A stretch of 63,865 bases of DNA, the filler included, from Circinaria calcarea (taxonomy: Eukaryota), in NCBI GenBank assembly GCA_051942165.1. It is 3 parts of 3 records of this genome, joined end to end, with 100 filler letters (N's around TTAATTAATTAA, not from the genome) between each part and the next. Parts side by side here need not be neighbours in the genome. Positions count along the whole stretch, not along the records: positions 1 to 21,943 come from JAVECS010000136.1; 2 more parts are not named here. The stretch is one strand, 5' to 3'. This document shows positions 1 to 13,837 of the stretch, one piece after another. A program made the translations under genes and the position numbers. The notes beneath the pieces are model-generated. The model had not been told where the DNA came from and made no database searches. It saw only the letters and a list, made by a program, of their open reading frames with translations. Every line of letters begins with the position of its first letter. Position 1 is the stretch's first letter.

Positions 1-522
1 CCGCTTTGGCGATGGAGCAGAAGCATGTATATTGCTATAGCCCCCGTAGGTCTTCTTTGTCTTATGCTTGGAAAGCTGCGAAGAGTTGAATGCGCTAAAG
101 GGATCTTGCTCTTCCGTCTCGTCGGCTTTCCGCATTGGAACGCCAGCAGTTCCCGTCTGCCTCCCAGGCCTTCCATTTGACGTAAAGGTTGTTCGTTTGA
201 TGTTCGACGGGTCGAGGTACCCCTCCGTAGCGTTTGTCGACCTCTTTTCCGGGGAAGTTGAGCCCCTTACCCAGGCCTTGGGCACTCTTACTATAGTTCC
301 TTTTCTCTTCTTCGCTGGTGGAGGCGATTCGATTTCGGATAGGCCTGAAGAGAAGTCATCCAACTTCGGGGAGGCGGCTTCATCACTGGAGTCTATAGGT
401 GGGGCGTCGACTTCTGGTGTAGGTTCGCGGGACTTTGGGAGGCTCTGAAGAAGATGACCGTATGCAAGTGTTTCTCTCTGCAGACCAACACGTCTAGGAG
501 TGGAGCGAGGTTTGGAAGACAT
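1..522 (-). CDS. 5' part of a hypothetical, probably nuclear protein running off the window edge
   Basis: ATG at 522 opens an uninterrupted 174-codon frame to base 1 (MSSKPRSTPRRVGLQ...PPPAKKRK...KKTYGGYSNIHASAPSPKR). It is Ser/Pro-rich with an NLS-like PAKKRK. Confidence 0.7.
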   Translation of the reverse strand, partial: MSSKPRSTPRRVGLQRETLAYGHLLQSLPKSREPTPEVDAPPIDSSDEAASPKLDDFSSGLSEIESPPPAKKRKGTIVRVPKAWVRGSTSPEKRSTNATEGYLDPSNIKRTTFTSNGRPGRQTGTAGVPMRKADETEEQDPFSAFNSSQLSKHKTKKTYGGYSNIHASAPSPKR

Positions 523-3066
523 TGGTGAATGAGGTCATGGACCGATTTGCGCGAGCACTCCAGTACCGGGACGCCACGACGTGTTTGAGAGCTTACCAGT
601 AGCTTCGCGTATATACAACGGCGCTAACCCGAGCTTGGTTCCAGATCATCTACCAACATTTTCAATAACATGGATTGGATATTGACTGGGATGGCTGTTG
701 AGGGATGATAAGAGGTTCTCCAATGAATCATACTTGGCTCAGTGCTACCATTCTATTACGCTGCGATGCTTAAGTGCTCCTTCCATTCAATTCTACAATC
801 GCATCCACATGTCTGTTTCGGGGCATTTGTTAATCAAGAAGCTTGTCTTGATTATGATTTAGAATAGGCTTTGAAATTCTATGCTGACTTATGGAGCGAC
901 TGTTCCTTTAATCCACGGCTCTGGCCTTGGCCGAGCCATTCCTCTGATCGTGTTACTGTAGCATCACAATCTCATTATTTACCTTTCACGACAAAACTAG
1001 GGGTTTCGACAAATGTTCCGGCAAATATCCTGAAGCTTCTACCATATCATATTCGATCATAGCTGCTAAAGGGAATAAGTCCTTTACGAAGATACATCAA
1101 CCATCTCTTCTGCCCGGTTTGGCTTCTAGGTCCGTTGCACTTTTGAGGAGCCATCCTGTTCTAGGAAGCAAGAGGTGGTGGGGATAGAGTGTCGGTGCCG
1201 TTGCGTAACTAGATTCTTAGAAGCATTAGCAGAGCAGCCATAGAACATGAGACAAATATAATACAGGATGATTTCCAGCTCAAACTCTTTTTTGGTTCAT
1301 TTACTACTTTTGTTGCACACTTTTACTTTAACCACAGCAGTACAACCAATTTTTCAAATCCTTTCGCTATAAGTGGAACAAACATGCCAGGCACCTTTAC
1401 AACCCTATCGCATCCATGTCCTCCCTGCGCTGAGCTCCACTGCCAGGTATGTGAATTCACTCTAATGGTGGTCACGTGTATTTCAGTTCCTCGATCAATC
1501 ATACATCTGTTCGCAAAGTAGGCGTGGATAATACAAAATACAGCATAATTCCCGCTTGAGTTACTTATTCAGCTAAAGAACAAAATTCTCCATGCCTTGT
1601 ACCAGCTCTGTAAATCATTAGCATTGATTCAGCATTCTATTAGAGACTTATCCAACTGGATGTCTTCTTTCTTATGTGTGTATTCCATCTTCTGATCGCA
1701 TATTTATTAGCAATTCACCCCCTCCCCCGGTTCGTTACAATCGAGGTCATGGTCGTGGTTAAATCATACTTGCTGGTACGGTCACTATAGGAGAGAGGTT
1801 TTTTCCCAATCAAATTACGAAACAAAATCATTACTCCATAACCTTAGAAACGCTCGTAATAACTATTCACTTATTTCGCCATAGACTTCATCCCAATCTT
1901 CGCAAGCTCAGAGTTAACGGTAACCTGGCAAAGGTCTCGGTGAACCCGCACGTTGACAACCCTTCGCTGGTTTCCTCGTCCCCTCCTGCTCCTCTTCTGA
2001 GGATCAACCGGGAAAATTGAGCGAAGTATGCATTTGACTGGACCTGCGTTGGTGAACCTCAATTATATAACAGCGATACGTCAGGGTAATCTTCGCCACG
2101 GTTACAGAGTTGCCCTTGACTTCGACGTCGTCGGACATTATTCGCCGGAATTGGGAAATTCTCCAAAAGTTCGGTATCACCTGCAGGGTGATCTCGACAT
2201 CCATTTAGCCGTCTTTGCCTAGCGTGCCTTTAAGCTATTCTACTCAACACATCTTTAGGCTCAAAAGCTACTCAATATTTGCCTAAATATAACAGTAGGG
2301 TGAGGTACCGTAGAGGTTTATATATGATCCGAGAGAAGGTTGTATCCTTCTTGCACCGCTGAGCATACTGAACTGACTGATATTTGACTATCCCCCATGT
2401 TGACTCTTTGATCCATCGGACAGCTGCCGATTCAGGAATTAGGCAGATTTCACCCCATAATTCTTTGCGACTTCCATTGTGGTCGTTTCGGCAAAACAGG
2501 CAGATTCTGACGACGGGTGTTGACATCGATGGTCTTAGTCCTCAAAATAGTCAATGATTGCTAACAAGTTCTTAGCCGCCTGATAGAGGTTGAGCTTTCA
2601 AATAAGGGGTGTTTCCCCGGTGCTATGGCCGTGATTGGCCCAGTCTTCGCAGTTTCTAGATTAGTTGAAAGTCAGCCACGAATCAATACGTCGTTGTTCG
2701 CTATAAGATCATCGTTAGGATCCAGGTGTTGCTCTGCGATGGATCCCGGCCCGTTCTCCACCCACTCCACTCCCCATAAAAACCCCCTTTCTCCTTGAGG
2801 GTGGATCTGAGTCCTCGAATATCTCATCCACTCAATAGGTTCTTTTAGCTGATCGTGCCCTTTGACGTTTCAGTAGAAGATGCCCGCCGGTCGTGTTTAG
2901 CTGAGCTCGAAGATAATCTATCTGATCGAGGGAATCCAGGTACTGACCTCTATAGTTCAGATGTCTATTGTGTCAGTTCTGTCACTCTTTGATCCCTAGT
3001 TGCCGCCACTTTCTGTGAGGCCAACCATTTAGGGCTTCCAACTCAATCACACTTTATTCTATTTAC

Positions 3067-4976
3067 CTAGTAATGTCTCTTAAGTACTGGTCGGGATTCC
3101 TGCAGCGTGTTCATACTCTCTTTTTGAGTTGCTATTCGCTGCAGTCCCAAACCATGTTCCATATATGCAGCAGTTCCCGGTATTCCACAGAAATAGCATA
3201 CTCTGAACTCTAGAATACTCAAGCACCATGTTTCCAGCTGATATGAGGCGGTAGAGGAGGCGGTGGGATCGGATATCGTAGGTGGTGGGACCACCACCGC
3301 AAGGGCTACAGAAGCATCAGCGATAAAAGATGCTAAGTTTCCAAATCTTACCCTGGGCCCCAATGTATGAGCCACCATGACGGAGGCACTCCGCACACTT
3401 CACCGGCACGGGGCTGAGGTAGCACCCCGTGAAGGTGTGCACCCATCCTGCTTAAGCGACACCCGCAACAACATTTCCTCTTTCCACCGTGAGCCCAGCT
3501 TGCCTATACTGCTCGCGGCGCCTAGGATCTTAAGGACGACGCAGGCTCGACGAAACGGCAAGGCCAGAAGCTGTTTCTCCTAATACTCCACGGCGCACTC
3601 TAGGCCATCACGAAGACCAGGAAGAGCCTGGAAGCGCCAACGGCCTGACCATTCACGAGCGCGTGTCCTTATTAATTCATTGTTTATTATTTAAACGAAA
3701 GAATTGGCCAGATTTCCTTTTCAATCCAGAGGATGAAAGCCTCCTTTATATAATATATACGGCTCCAGATCCGAGTCGCAGCTGTATCTGGGAGCGCCAT
3801 AAAGATGGCTGTTGTCCTAATAGGATCTTGACAGAAGGCAGCAGGCCCAGGGACAGAAGGGGTAGGGGCAGCAGGGGTGACGGCAGAGGCGGTAGAGGTA
3901 GAAGGCACCACCACTGTAAAGCCTAAGGACCGCGATCAACATTTAACCGCGGAGATTTCCGTAAGCCTTATTACGCCCCCCCACGCACTGGCCACCATGA
4001 CGTATGCATTTAGCACACTTCGCCAACACTGGTGAAAAATAACACCCCCGGAACGTATGCTCTCCACGGTTACTCCTACATCTAGCACAGACACGTGACG
4101 TCAAGGTACCACGCTCCACACAAAGGACCGCTTGGCGGTATTATTCTCGACGATCCAATGCGTTCAGAATTTTATCAACGACACAGGGTTGTTAGTAAGG
4201 GAGCGCCGCGAGCTGCACTTTTTTAGACGTCAACCGGCGCGGAGCCCCTCGCAAAAGGTGGAAAGGCCTCTGAAACAGCCACGGCCTCCCCATTAACGAG
4301 TTGATGCCCCGGGTGATTCATATCTTAGTTGACAGGTGCCAGATGTAAAAGATTAATAAACAAGGGGAATCAGGTGGACCGAAGCCAGACACTGATAACC
4401 GCTCCGCAATATAAAGTTAATAAAGTATTTGGCCGTAAAGGCGGAAAAGCTGCACACATGCTTGTTAATAAAAAAATTTATTTATTTGCTCGCATACGTA
4501 ATGAAGGGGGAATACGGGGAGGTGATAGGCGACGGTTTTGAGATCAAAAGACGTGCGGTTAAGGGAGGTGAATCTGCGGGATATGGAGTTAAGGGAAGCG
4601 AAGCTGACGAATATCGAGTTAGCGGACGTAAAATTAACGAACACAAAGTTGAGCCTGAAGCTAATGGTTTCGAAAATAACAGGCGCCAATCGCCGCTGAT
4701 AGTATACAATCCGGATCTTTTCTTTAGAGCTAGGCTTAAGATATCACGCTCCGCGGAGTTTATTACTCTTCGCGTTGGTCTTCTTTTTCAAACCTGCGGA
4801 TCCTATATGACTTGGTAATGTGCAGTCCTTAAACAGAGATTTAGTAGAATATAGATACCTGAAGATTTTGGTTCAATTGCAACGCAGCCCTGGGTTTCCC
4901 CGCCGGTGCGCGGCGATACTTTTCTTCTTTACTCAAGAAATGCCGTAAAAAGTGGCTTAACAACGTAATGAAACAT
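3067..4976 (-). pseudogene. Decayed gene(s) with two copies of a Cys-rich zinc-binding-like module
   Basis: Minus strand reads VERGTLTSRVCARCRSNRGEHTFRGCYFSPVLAKCAKCIRHGGQCVGG (~3974-4119) and VERGNVVAGVA*AGWVHTFTGCYLSPVPVKCAECLRHGGSYIGP (~3352-3487). There are in-frame stops and TpA-rich sequence; boundaries are approximate. Confidence 0.5.
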
Positions 4977-5499
4977 CTTGAGTGCCGTTTCCTGGACTTT
5001 GTCTGTACCTTCTCGAGGTCTATCTCCGTCTAGAACAACGTTAGAAAACTTTTATTTTTCCAAACCTGATCTTCAGCGTCAACAACGTAGAAACCATTTG
5101 GAGTATTCCAACCACCAGGTCTCAACGACTGTGGACGGACAGAATATAAGTGTGGGCGGTAGTTATGCTCGACAGCCGGCGAAATGAACATTCAACCTCG
5201 AGATAAGCTTGATAAATTATTAATAAGCCGTAGATCGTCTTATCAAACCCACAATCGTCGCTGATCAACCTCCCTAGATTGCTCCCGAGTCTCCATTCGC
5301 AGCGTGTGCGTTTCGCCTTCACAGTCCCATCTACCGATTATATGTGCTTCGTATGATGAGATGTCGGCCCAGTCCACAGCAACAATCTGCCATTAGTCTG
5401 GGACCGGAGGGTCTTCTTTCTCCCCGATTCTGATAGCGGGTGCGGCTGGGTCGATTTTCAAACGGAGGCAGGTATCTTCGTACGGGGAAGGGACAACAC

Positions 5500-6353
5500 T
5501 CACTGCGTTAAGAGTCTCGTGAGTTTTCCAAAATTGGAGACTTCCGTTTCACTACAGGACGACTTGGCGGGTCTGTTCGGTTTACCCTCGGCTTCAACTT
5601 CTTGTATTCCTTCTGCTTTTATAGGCCGTTGTATTCGACTCTTCCATGGCGATGTCTGGCTAATCAGATTAAAAATTCCCGTCTTACCAGCTGTCAGGTG
5701 CCGTTGGGTGTTAACTTTTTTCACTGCTGCCCCAGTCAATTACAGATTTTTGGTGGTGAGGACCTTCCTCCATCGATATAAAATCTTTCCGGACTAAATC
5801 GATAGAATAGACACCTGCTGCGCACCACTGGCGCTCCGAAATATTCAGATATATATGGTGGTGGTGCGGCTGTCGGAGCGGTAAGGGCAGCAACTACGGA
5901 CGGGTTTTGGGTTGGCGTAATAGTAAGTTGCAGGTAACTCCAAGTACCACGCAGCAAGTATGGTAGAGTAAGAAGTTTGAGTGCTGGGCGAGCGGCCATG
6001 CTGATGACTCGCGAGCCTGCAGAGCAAACGCCTTGTTCGAGGTACAGAAAGTTGATTTAGAGCCAGGTCTTCAGCTGGTCCAACTGCCTCGACAGGACGT
6101 CCTCCCCCTTGATCTTGAACTGCTCTAGAGCAGTTTCAACATCGTTGGTCTCATCTTAGTAGCGAGGGACTTCGCTTTCGAGGTGTCCCTTTTCTATATC
6201 GTTATTGGATGGATACCCGAAAAGTCGTATTGACAGCAGGGTTGAATTCCCGTACAGTGTCCATCTCGGTCGGTCACACACTTGATATCCTTCGATGCAG
6301 CAGGTGGGTTTAGTATATGATGGTGTGTAAAAACAACACTGCGCAAAAGCCAA
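5500..6353 (-). pseudogene. Degenerate hypothetical gene
   Basis: Protein-like frame EKGHLESEVPRY*DETNDVETALEQFKIKGEDVLSRQLDQLKTWL*INF is interrupted by TAA codons consistent with CAA>TAA changes. Confidence 0.35.
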
Positions 6354-8816
6354 AGCGGCTGTTTCGTTAGAGGAGCACTGCGAAAAGTACCTTTTGTGTA
6401 GGTCGGCTACATGTGGAATGAGTTGTTGGTAGGCGGCAATTGGAGGTCAATGAATGGGGGGAAAGGATCTGGAGGGCCGCCGACGAGGTGAGCGAGACCT
6501 GAGTAAGATACGTTTAGGTTGAACGGAATATAGACGTCACCCCAGGTATTACGCAATTTAACGGTAAACGCCTCCCCGATTTATTGAGATTAAAAGGGGT
6601 AGTACACCTCAAGCTCTTTTTATAAAATTGTGTTCTTTAAGTTCTTTGTCCACGTAAATAAATGACCTACTTGCTTATGAGAATCTTCTGGAGATGATAC
6701 TTGCCTTCTAAGCGTACCGGTTTAGTTATCCGTCAGGCGCCGGTAGAATAATGGCAGGCTAGTCGTTGACAGCAAGTTTTCTGGGATGCATCCTTTCCAT
6801 GCTTTGCTGAACTTGGCGACTAAGATTCCTAGGTAGGAATGCCCGAAGGTGCCCATCCCAAGACTACACCATCTGGGAATTGTCAGCTCGGAAGGCCTCT
6901 GACCCGTAGTCAAGCTAGCTCAGCAGAATAACCATCTTATCGTGCACCACCAGCTCGAAGTAAGAAACCCTAAAACGCGTGTAAAGGTAAGATCTGTTGT
7001 GTCCTAGTGATATAAGCTACAACAATCGCTGCAGATTCTCCAAACAACCTACAGCGTCGGCAGTCGGTTCCGATTTGGTCTTCCGGCAACGAGTAGACTT
7101 TGAGTAGCAGTCCATGGTTTGTCTTGCCTCAGGGGTAATATGCTAGTGCTTCTAAATTCTCAAGATTGGAGATTTGGATGGACCAAGCCACTGTGTCAAT
7201 TACGGTGCTAGTGATTGCAGTCTTCTATATCTTGTCTTGCTCGCCTCCATCAAGTTCGGTGCTTTGACACCATTCCACGGAGAACCTGTCTTATGTCTGA
7301 CAAACAAGTCGATGTTGTTAAGCTTCCAGGTTAGCTATTCCCAACCCCTAGGGCTTACCAACATCATGTCCATGTCCGATCGCACATCTGTACCGTCTGA
7401 TCATTCGGGTTCTCTAGCAGGTCATATCCTTCAATCGAGACCCCTTCCCCAACCTCTAGCCGTTGGCAAAGTCCCAGCCTAGTCTTGACCCAAACCCCCT
7501 CCTAGCAAAGTAAATACCAACCAAACCCCGCAAACACAGAACCCGGAAACCAGCGATACAATACGCCGAGATACGTATACGGACACAGTGACCATGAAAA
7601 AAGACCAAATAGAAAACTCAGAAAAGCATCATATATACATACGACTCCTGGTGTAGAAAATCGCAAATAGAAAGCTGCTGCCTGCAAGGGTAGGGAAGAG
7701 AAGAGAAGAGAGGCCCAGGTAATGGTAGGAAGGGGGAGAATCTGGCTATTTCAAGTAGTGCGGAATGACTGACTGACTTCACGCAGTGAATTACGGGCTT
7801 CCCGGTGGAGTACGGATGAATGCAAAGATGACTGGAATTCACCAGCGGAACTTCCCAAATTTCCCGCGTGTCTGGAGTTGGTAAATGGCTTATAACAGTT
7901 GGTAGGCAGTATAATCATGAGAACTTACGGCAGCTTCTCCATCGATATTCTGGATGATTCAATTTCAGGGTGGTGGTAAGGTGTTTGGTATTCTGAGATA
8001 TCTGCAAGATAAAATGGCAACATCGAAATATCGATCACGGCGTTATAACTTGCGTTGTATAGCAGAAAAAGCACTGACTATCCTATGCCACTCTTTATCA
8101 ATCATCCTCTTTTCCGATCTTTCCACCAAATCTCATCTCCAGCTCCTAGTCACCTTTTCTTGGCAGTAACACCATACCCGTAATCCTCAAGTTGCTCGGT
8201 ACCTCGATTCTCCCGCCCTATAGAGAAGCTTTAGCAAGCCCCGCTCTAGTATAAAAGAAATAAGTAGAAGACATGGAGAACAATTGACTTCAGAGACCCG
8301 ATTCTAAGCATCGACGACTGCATGTGGCGATGCTGCCATACCTTTTCCGGCTCTTCCTAAGGCTATATTGGGTTTGTATTTCTCATCATAATGAAGGAGC
8401 AGCGAAAGAGGAGAGTCAAGTGTAAATACCTTAAGGTTTGTTCCAGGAAGAGACAATTTTAAGAGATTCTTCAAAGAGAGATGAGCCCTCCGGGTGATAA
8501 GTTTGGCGTATGGTATAGTAATAGCTAGTAGGAATTTTACGGCGGTGAAGCCTTAACAGCGTCTTCTGAACCGAACTTCCCAATTTTACGACTGCTTGTC
8601 GAAGAACATCGGATGAAAGACAACTGACTGGGAGACCATCCATAGAATTTTTGGGAAGTCTTGGTGTGTCACCACACCAGAGATCTTATACTATACAACT
8701 CCACTCCTAATATCGTCCAGGGGATTAAACTTCTTCAGACCCCCAGCCATGAATGTAAGGACCCCAAGACGTACTCCGCGCTAAACTCAGAGATATCGAA
8801 GACTATATCCTATACT

Positions 8817-11800
8817 TTAGGCGAAACTGAGCTTGACTTCCTGTTCTTTGCCGAAATCGTCGTCTTCTTCATCTATCCAGGCATTATGGTCAAGGTCCAT
8901 ACTGGTAATACTCAATGGCATAGTGACAGCGGACTTAAGCTCGGGGCGGGATGAAGAAGTAGGTGTCGGTGTCTGTAGACCCTTGTCTTGCCACGCGAGA
9001 ACTGCCGACGGGAGGGGATGAGATGTATCAAATGACATCGAGACCTTCTCCTCGCCGTTCGGCAAATCGTCCTCATCATTGGTATGTTCCTGCTCGCCGT
9101 TCTCGAAGGGATTTTTTATATACCCTTTAGGTATGTTTACTTCCGAATGGATAATCTCGGGTTTCGGACGCAAACCCAGATCTGCCCCATTGAAACTCTT
9201 AGTTTCTCGAAGGATCGGAAATTCATCCTGCGAGATCTTCTCAGTTAAGGCCCTAGACCCGTTCAAGTCGAGCTTCATGGGCGGCAACGTTGATTCCAAC
9301 TGCCTGACCTCCATCTGCTCAGTTACTAGCTCTGCTCGGATGGCATCGATGTCGAAAAGAATACGATTCTCTGGTCTTGGACTCCCTGAAGCTTCGCCGG
9401 GACTTTCCTTTGATTTTTCATCATAAGTCTCCCATCCTTTCTTCCTGGCAAGTTTTCCTCTTTTGAATATGCCAAATCTCCTCTTCTCGGGCGTAGCTTC
9501 AGCTTCATGGCGGGCCTCATCAATCTCTCGAATGAGTTCGCGTTGGCGCTTTTCGTGATTGTCAGGATCAGGATCCTCAATCTCAGTAAACTCTTCACTT
9601 TCAACTTCCCACCCAACCTCGCGTAGGAGATGCGGCATAACTGCCCGGTAAGCCATGTGTCCATTAACGTGTTCAGTGAAGTTGATGTTCTCAACTCCCG
9701 GAACGTCTTCGACTGGAGCGAGACCAGCTATACGTGATATGCCACCACTTGTGGCGCGGAAAAGATAGCCTAGTATGTTTTGTTAGCATACGAAGATTGG
9801 CACTAGAAAGGAGTCAATACCTAAGATCCAGTCGTTGGACGCATATCCGTTGACGAATCGGCCAGAAACCACGGCCCTTGCCCGTGTGTACTCTTCTTTC
9901 TTCGCGACGACAGGGGAACCGAACAAGTACACATTTTGCACCAGTCCATGCGCACCTTGGTTGGCCAGTTCCCTCAGGCAGGAAAAGATGACCCGTGATC
10001 CGAGAGAGAAACCAACAAGTGTGATGGGTCTGACGCCAAGATTTCGAGCCATCAACGAGTCGGCCAATATCAGCCCAGCCGCATCTGCTCTGTCCATAGA
10101 AACAGCCCATGGATTGTCAATAAGGTAGGAAAGTTTTGTGAGCACTATTGGTAATGTCAAGGAGGCCATGAGGGCGGTTAGTATCGTACTTGCCAGAACT
10201 TGTTGTAAGCCTTGAGTAAGAGCCTACAGACAGTAAGTATGATCGATAGGGTATCGAGTCGAAGCACCCTACCTCAGTAGCTAATATCCTTATAGTATCG
10301 CCCATGCTCTGTAACATATCTGGCTCCCAGAGAACCGAATACATATCTCCCATGATTGGATCGATGGTACTGAATGGTAGTCGCACGTCATCAATCTTAC
10401 CATTCATCCAACCAGATATCGTCACGATAAGATTCACGCGTTTGTTATTATGTAAAGGTCGATACTCAAACGTTTTAACGGCACCAGTCCTGCGATGCGA
10501 CGCTCTCACAGCAATCGTACCACCGGACAACACGGCACCACTGGTAATGAGGGCTGTGCCTCCCGCGCCGGCAAGAAACCCGCTGGTCCCAGCAACACCA
10601 ATGGTCGTAAACCCCGCTGCTAAACCGGCCCCAATCACTGGCGCAAGCAAACCTGCTGAGAGTCCGATGACAAGACTACCGCCTACTGTTGCAAGTCCCA
10701 TCATCATGTATTTGCGCCTCAACGCTTTTTTTCTTCGACTCTCCATATGATCTGCTTCATCCCAATTCTCTCTAGCGGCCGCTTCCTGCATCTCCAAGGC
10801 GTCCGTAACGCGCTTCTCGAAGCGACAAATATCAAGCCATCTAATGTCCATGGCAGCACCGACGCGCTCGAGAAGTACTCTAGAGCGAGCATCGTAGACA
10901 GAATCGGCAATCAATACGAGAAAGAGATCGCAAAGGACAGTCCACCGGAGATCGATGTCGATGCTTCTTGTAGGAGGGAGCATAGTAGGGTTACGAACTT
11001 CGGGAAGATCATCGTCCTTGTGTATTTCATAGGCGGGTGGAGATGGACATTCCGATGTCCTCTCGGCAGAAACAGAAGGGGCACAAGATGGCCTTCTTCC
11101 ATTTCCATTCAGGTTGGGGGATGACACGGAAGACCGGAACGGTGAGGATTCCATGGCCATAGGGTTTCTGACGCGAGAATTTTGCATCAAGGCAGGCGTT
11201 AGATCCCTTGGTTCAACACCATGTTCAGTCAACTGCTCGATCATGATCTGTTCTAAGAACTATTAGTGGCACCATGAATATATAGCAGAATAAACCATAC
11301 CTGAAGAGTCTATCTCCATGTGCGTATATAACCGTACCATCATCTTCTGGCTCCACTTTTTCATTGACTCAATGGCAGAGGCAAGTTCCTTCTTAACGGA
11401 CGAACTGAGTTCCTTCTTGACAGGCTCTTTTTTATCAGTTGGACTAGCTTCCTTCTTGACAGTTTTGGCTGCTTGTATACTTTCCAAATTTTCCACCATT
11501 TGCACCATTGCCAGCCGTGTGACTCCAACATATGCAATTCTCTGTCCTTCCGTCAACAAGTCCTTCGTAGCCTGCAATTGAGCCAATGGATCTCTTTGGT
11601 CCTCATCTTCGTCCACCACATTCGTGCCTTTATCTTTGAAAAGGTAGCTGGTATTTTCATCCATACTGGTTGCCGACTTCGCATCATCATCCACCAGAAC
11701 TCTAGTATACCCCTTTCCTGCTCCCCCAATTCCATCATACGCATCACCCTCTTGATCCGAATCGTGTACGGCTCGAGCGACAAGGTGCCCCTCATCATCA

Positions 11801-12411
11801 TAGTGATCATATTTGCCATATGCCGGCATGTCCTGCCATTCATCGTCTTTCTCTTCCTCAACTTCTATTTGGTTCGGGGCGAGAACTTGGTGTGACCATT
11901 CTGAGACCCCGCCTGCAGGAAGAACAGGACCCCTTTCCGGTCTTTTACCCGACCTAGGGGATTCCACTATAATCTCATCTTTTTGATCATCCACGGATTG
12001 CGGTGCCAAATGTGAGGCATTGTGGTCGAAATTTTGAATAGACGGAGGGGCTGAAGGGTCTGATGATGCTCGAGTTGTATCTACCAAATTCTCTGCCTTT
12101 GTAGGTTTTTGAGACGCTTTAGACTGCCAATCGACACTTGAAGGTATACTGGTTATACTTTCGTTTGCTTTCTCCTCACCCTGTCCTTCATCTAACACTC
12201 CTGTAATGCCACGCCTTGGTACTCGAATTTGATTTGTTCTAAAAGGCAGACCGAACTCGTCCAAAACGGGATCTGCCTCCACCGTCGCGGGTGGCAGTTT
12301 TTTCGCCGCTGCATTCGGTTCAACCGATGCCCTTCGTCCTCGGACATAGGCAGAGGGAGGTAGAGTCGCTGGAGGCTTGCTTTTCTCTAATTCTGGTAGG
12401 CTATCGCTCAT
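8817..12411 (-). CDS. DUF726 / TMCO4-family alpha/beta-hydrolase-fold membrane protein (yeast Mil1/YFL034W-like)
   Basis: Four exons with GT-AG introns at 11253-11300, 10224-10272 and 9770-9820. Motifs: DLRWTVLCDLFL, YDARSR, Gly-rich GLATVGGSLVIGLSAGLLAP and the nucleophile elbow RPITLVGFSLG. Confidence 0.9.
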
Positions 12412-12764
12412 TATGTAACTGTAACTTACCCATGTAGCCTTGAGCTATACGGGATGGCCAACAACTCGATGTCCACATTTGACTATAGGTATAACTTCAT
12501 GTCGGAGGATAACCTTTAAACTCAGATCAGAACAAAGCGACTTGTTGTCATTGTGCATATTCCATTGCTGGAGAAATCCCGCACGGGGTCAATAAGAAAA
12601 ACATGTGCCAACTGCTCGGATCGGAGCTTTTTCTATCCGGTTTTAAACCCCTTACTGCTAAATACCATTATATAGAAAAAATCTAGCAAGTTTGCATTAT
12701 AACACCCCCCAACCGAATCAAACATGCAGTCAAGCCCTTGTTAATGCAGGTGTGGAAAAAAAAG

Positions 12765-13080
12765 GGGTGCTCCGCTATGCTTCTAAAGCATAGGCGAAAA
12801 CGCTGTCGAAAATAAGCTTCGAGGTACTGAACATGGAAGAATCAGAGGGCATATGGCATAAATTGACTGCTACAGTGCAATGCGCATATGGAGGTCATGT
12901 AGTAGCTGGCGCCGACACAGTTGCTGGACTGCTGAATTGCTATTCTATGTGTTGGCTGTGTGCTGTGTGTGTATATGTGATGAAAAATCCCCAAATCCTT
13001 CTATGCTTGCGCCAGAAACAAATCCGAAACCCATGCCTTCCAATTTAGCCGCTTCAATCGCCATCACAGTAGAAACCAGC
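12765..13080. repeat. Diverged direct repeat, copy 1 (partner 16510-16805)
   Basis: atatggcataaattgactgctacagtgcaatgcgcatatggaggtcat matches atatggcacaaattgactgctacggtacaatgcgcatatggagatcat. Shared blocks also include taggc..a.acgctgt, ctatgcttgc and aaacccatg. Confidence 0.8.
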
Positions 13081-13187
13081 CTAGAGTGTGTCTCCGCCGC
13101 AGTAGGAACCAGCCTAGGGTCGCTAACCACGTCAGTATACTGCCAGCAACCAGATTCCCTGTCAGTCAGAGAGTAGGAACTTACAGG

Positions 13188-13601
13188 CTAGGGTAAACGT
13201 GTTAGACGAGCCGACCGAGACTTCAGTCTACGTGGACTCGGCGACCGGGACTTCGATTTACCAGCTGGATCTGGACTAGGCGATTTGGCCTTGTAGTTGG
13301 AGGAGACAACTTGTTGCATGTTCTGTACCATTTCGTTGGCTTGACTCGATGTGGTCTTACCGCTGACGGTAATGATACCAGCGGCACCTTTCTTTGCTGT
13401 GTATCTGCCGCCGGACCATGTTGCCATTTGTGCTACGATTGCATCCCCTTTGGCTTGGTCAACCTCAGCCGCTTTCTGGGTACGATACCCTGGTTTCCCG
13501 TTCGCGATGTCGCTAGCCGTTACACTGTAAGAGACTCTCACTGCCAGTATATTGCTTGCTAGTAAAAAGAACGCCAAGAATAATACTTTGGAATTGAACA
13601 T
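13188..13601 (-). CDS. Small secreted protein (137 aa), effector-like
   Basis: Intronless ORF with a hydrophobic signal peptide (MFNSKVLFLAFFLLASNILA), no cysteine, and a basic S/P/R/K tail (KSKSRSPSPRRLKSRSAR). Confidence 0.8.
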   Translation of the reverse strand: MFNSKVLFLAFFLLASNILAVRVSYSVTASDIANGKPGYRTQKAAEVDQAKGDAIVAQMATWSGGRYTAKKGAAGIITVSGKTTSSQANEMVQNMQQVVSSNYKAKSPSPDPAGKSKSRSPSPRRLKSRSARLTRLP

Positions 13602-13624
13602 ATCGGCAGATATTTCTATTGTGA

Positions 13625-13730
13625 ATTCTTGCGAGTAGGTTCTTGGAAGTGTTCTTGCAGTAGGTGCTTGGAAGTGTTCCTGGAAGTATTCTTGCGGTAG
13701 GTTCTTGGAAGTGTTCTTGTGGGTGTTCTG
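13625..13730. repeat. Degenerate ~12-bp tandem repeat in the putative 5' leader of the secreted protein gene
   Basis: Alternating gttcttggaagt and ttcttgc(a/g)gtag units. Confidence 0.75.
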
Positions 13731-13837
13731 TGGATAATTCTTAGGTCTTGCAATGGTTCTTATATCTGGACCATCTCATCTTGAAACGATTTTTTGATCC
13801 GATACTTACCTTATTTAGGCCATCTCGAGTGGTTCCA

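Noticed and set aside
68..448. 126-aa plus-strand ORF
   Set aside because: Antisense shadow of the more protein-like minus-strand frame 1-522.
1268..2222. Possible secreted-protein gene (MISSSNSFLVHLLLLLHTFTLTTA...)
   Set aside because: A stop follows after about 34 codons and I could not build a convincing exon chain; at most a relic.
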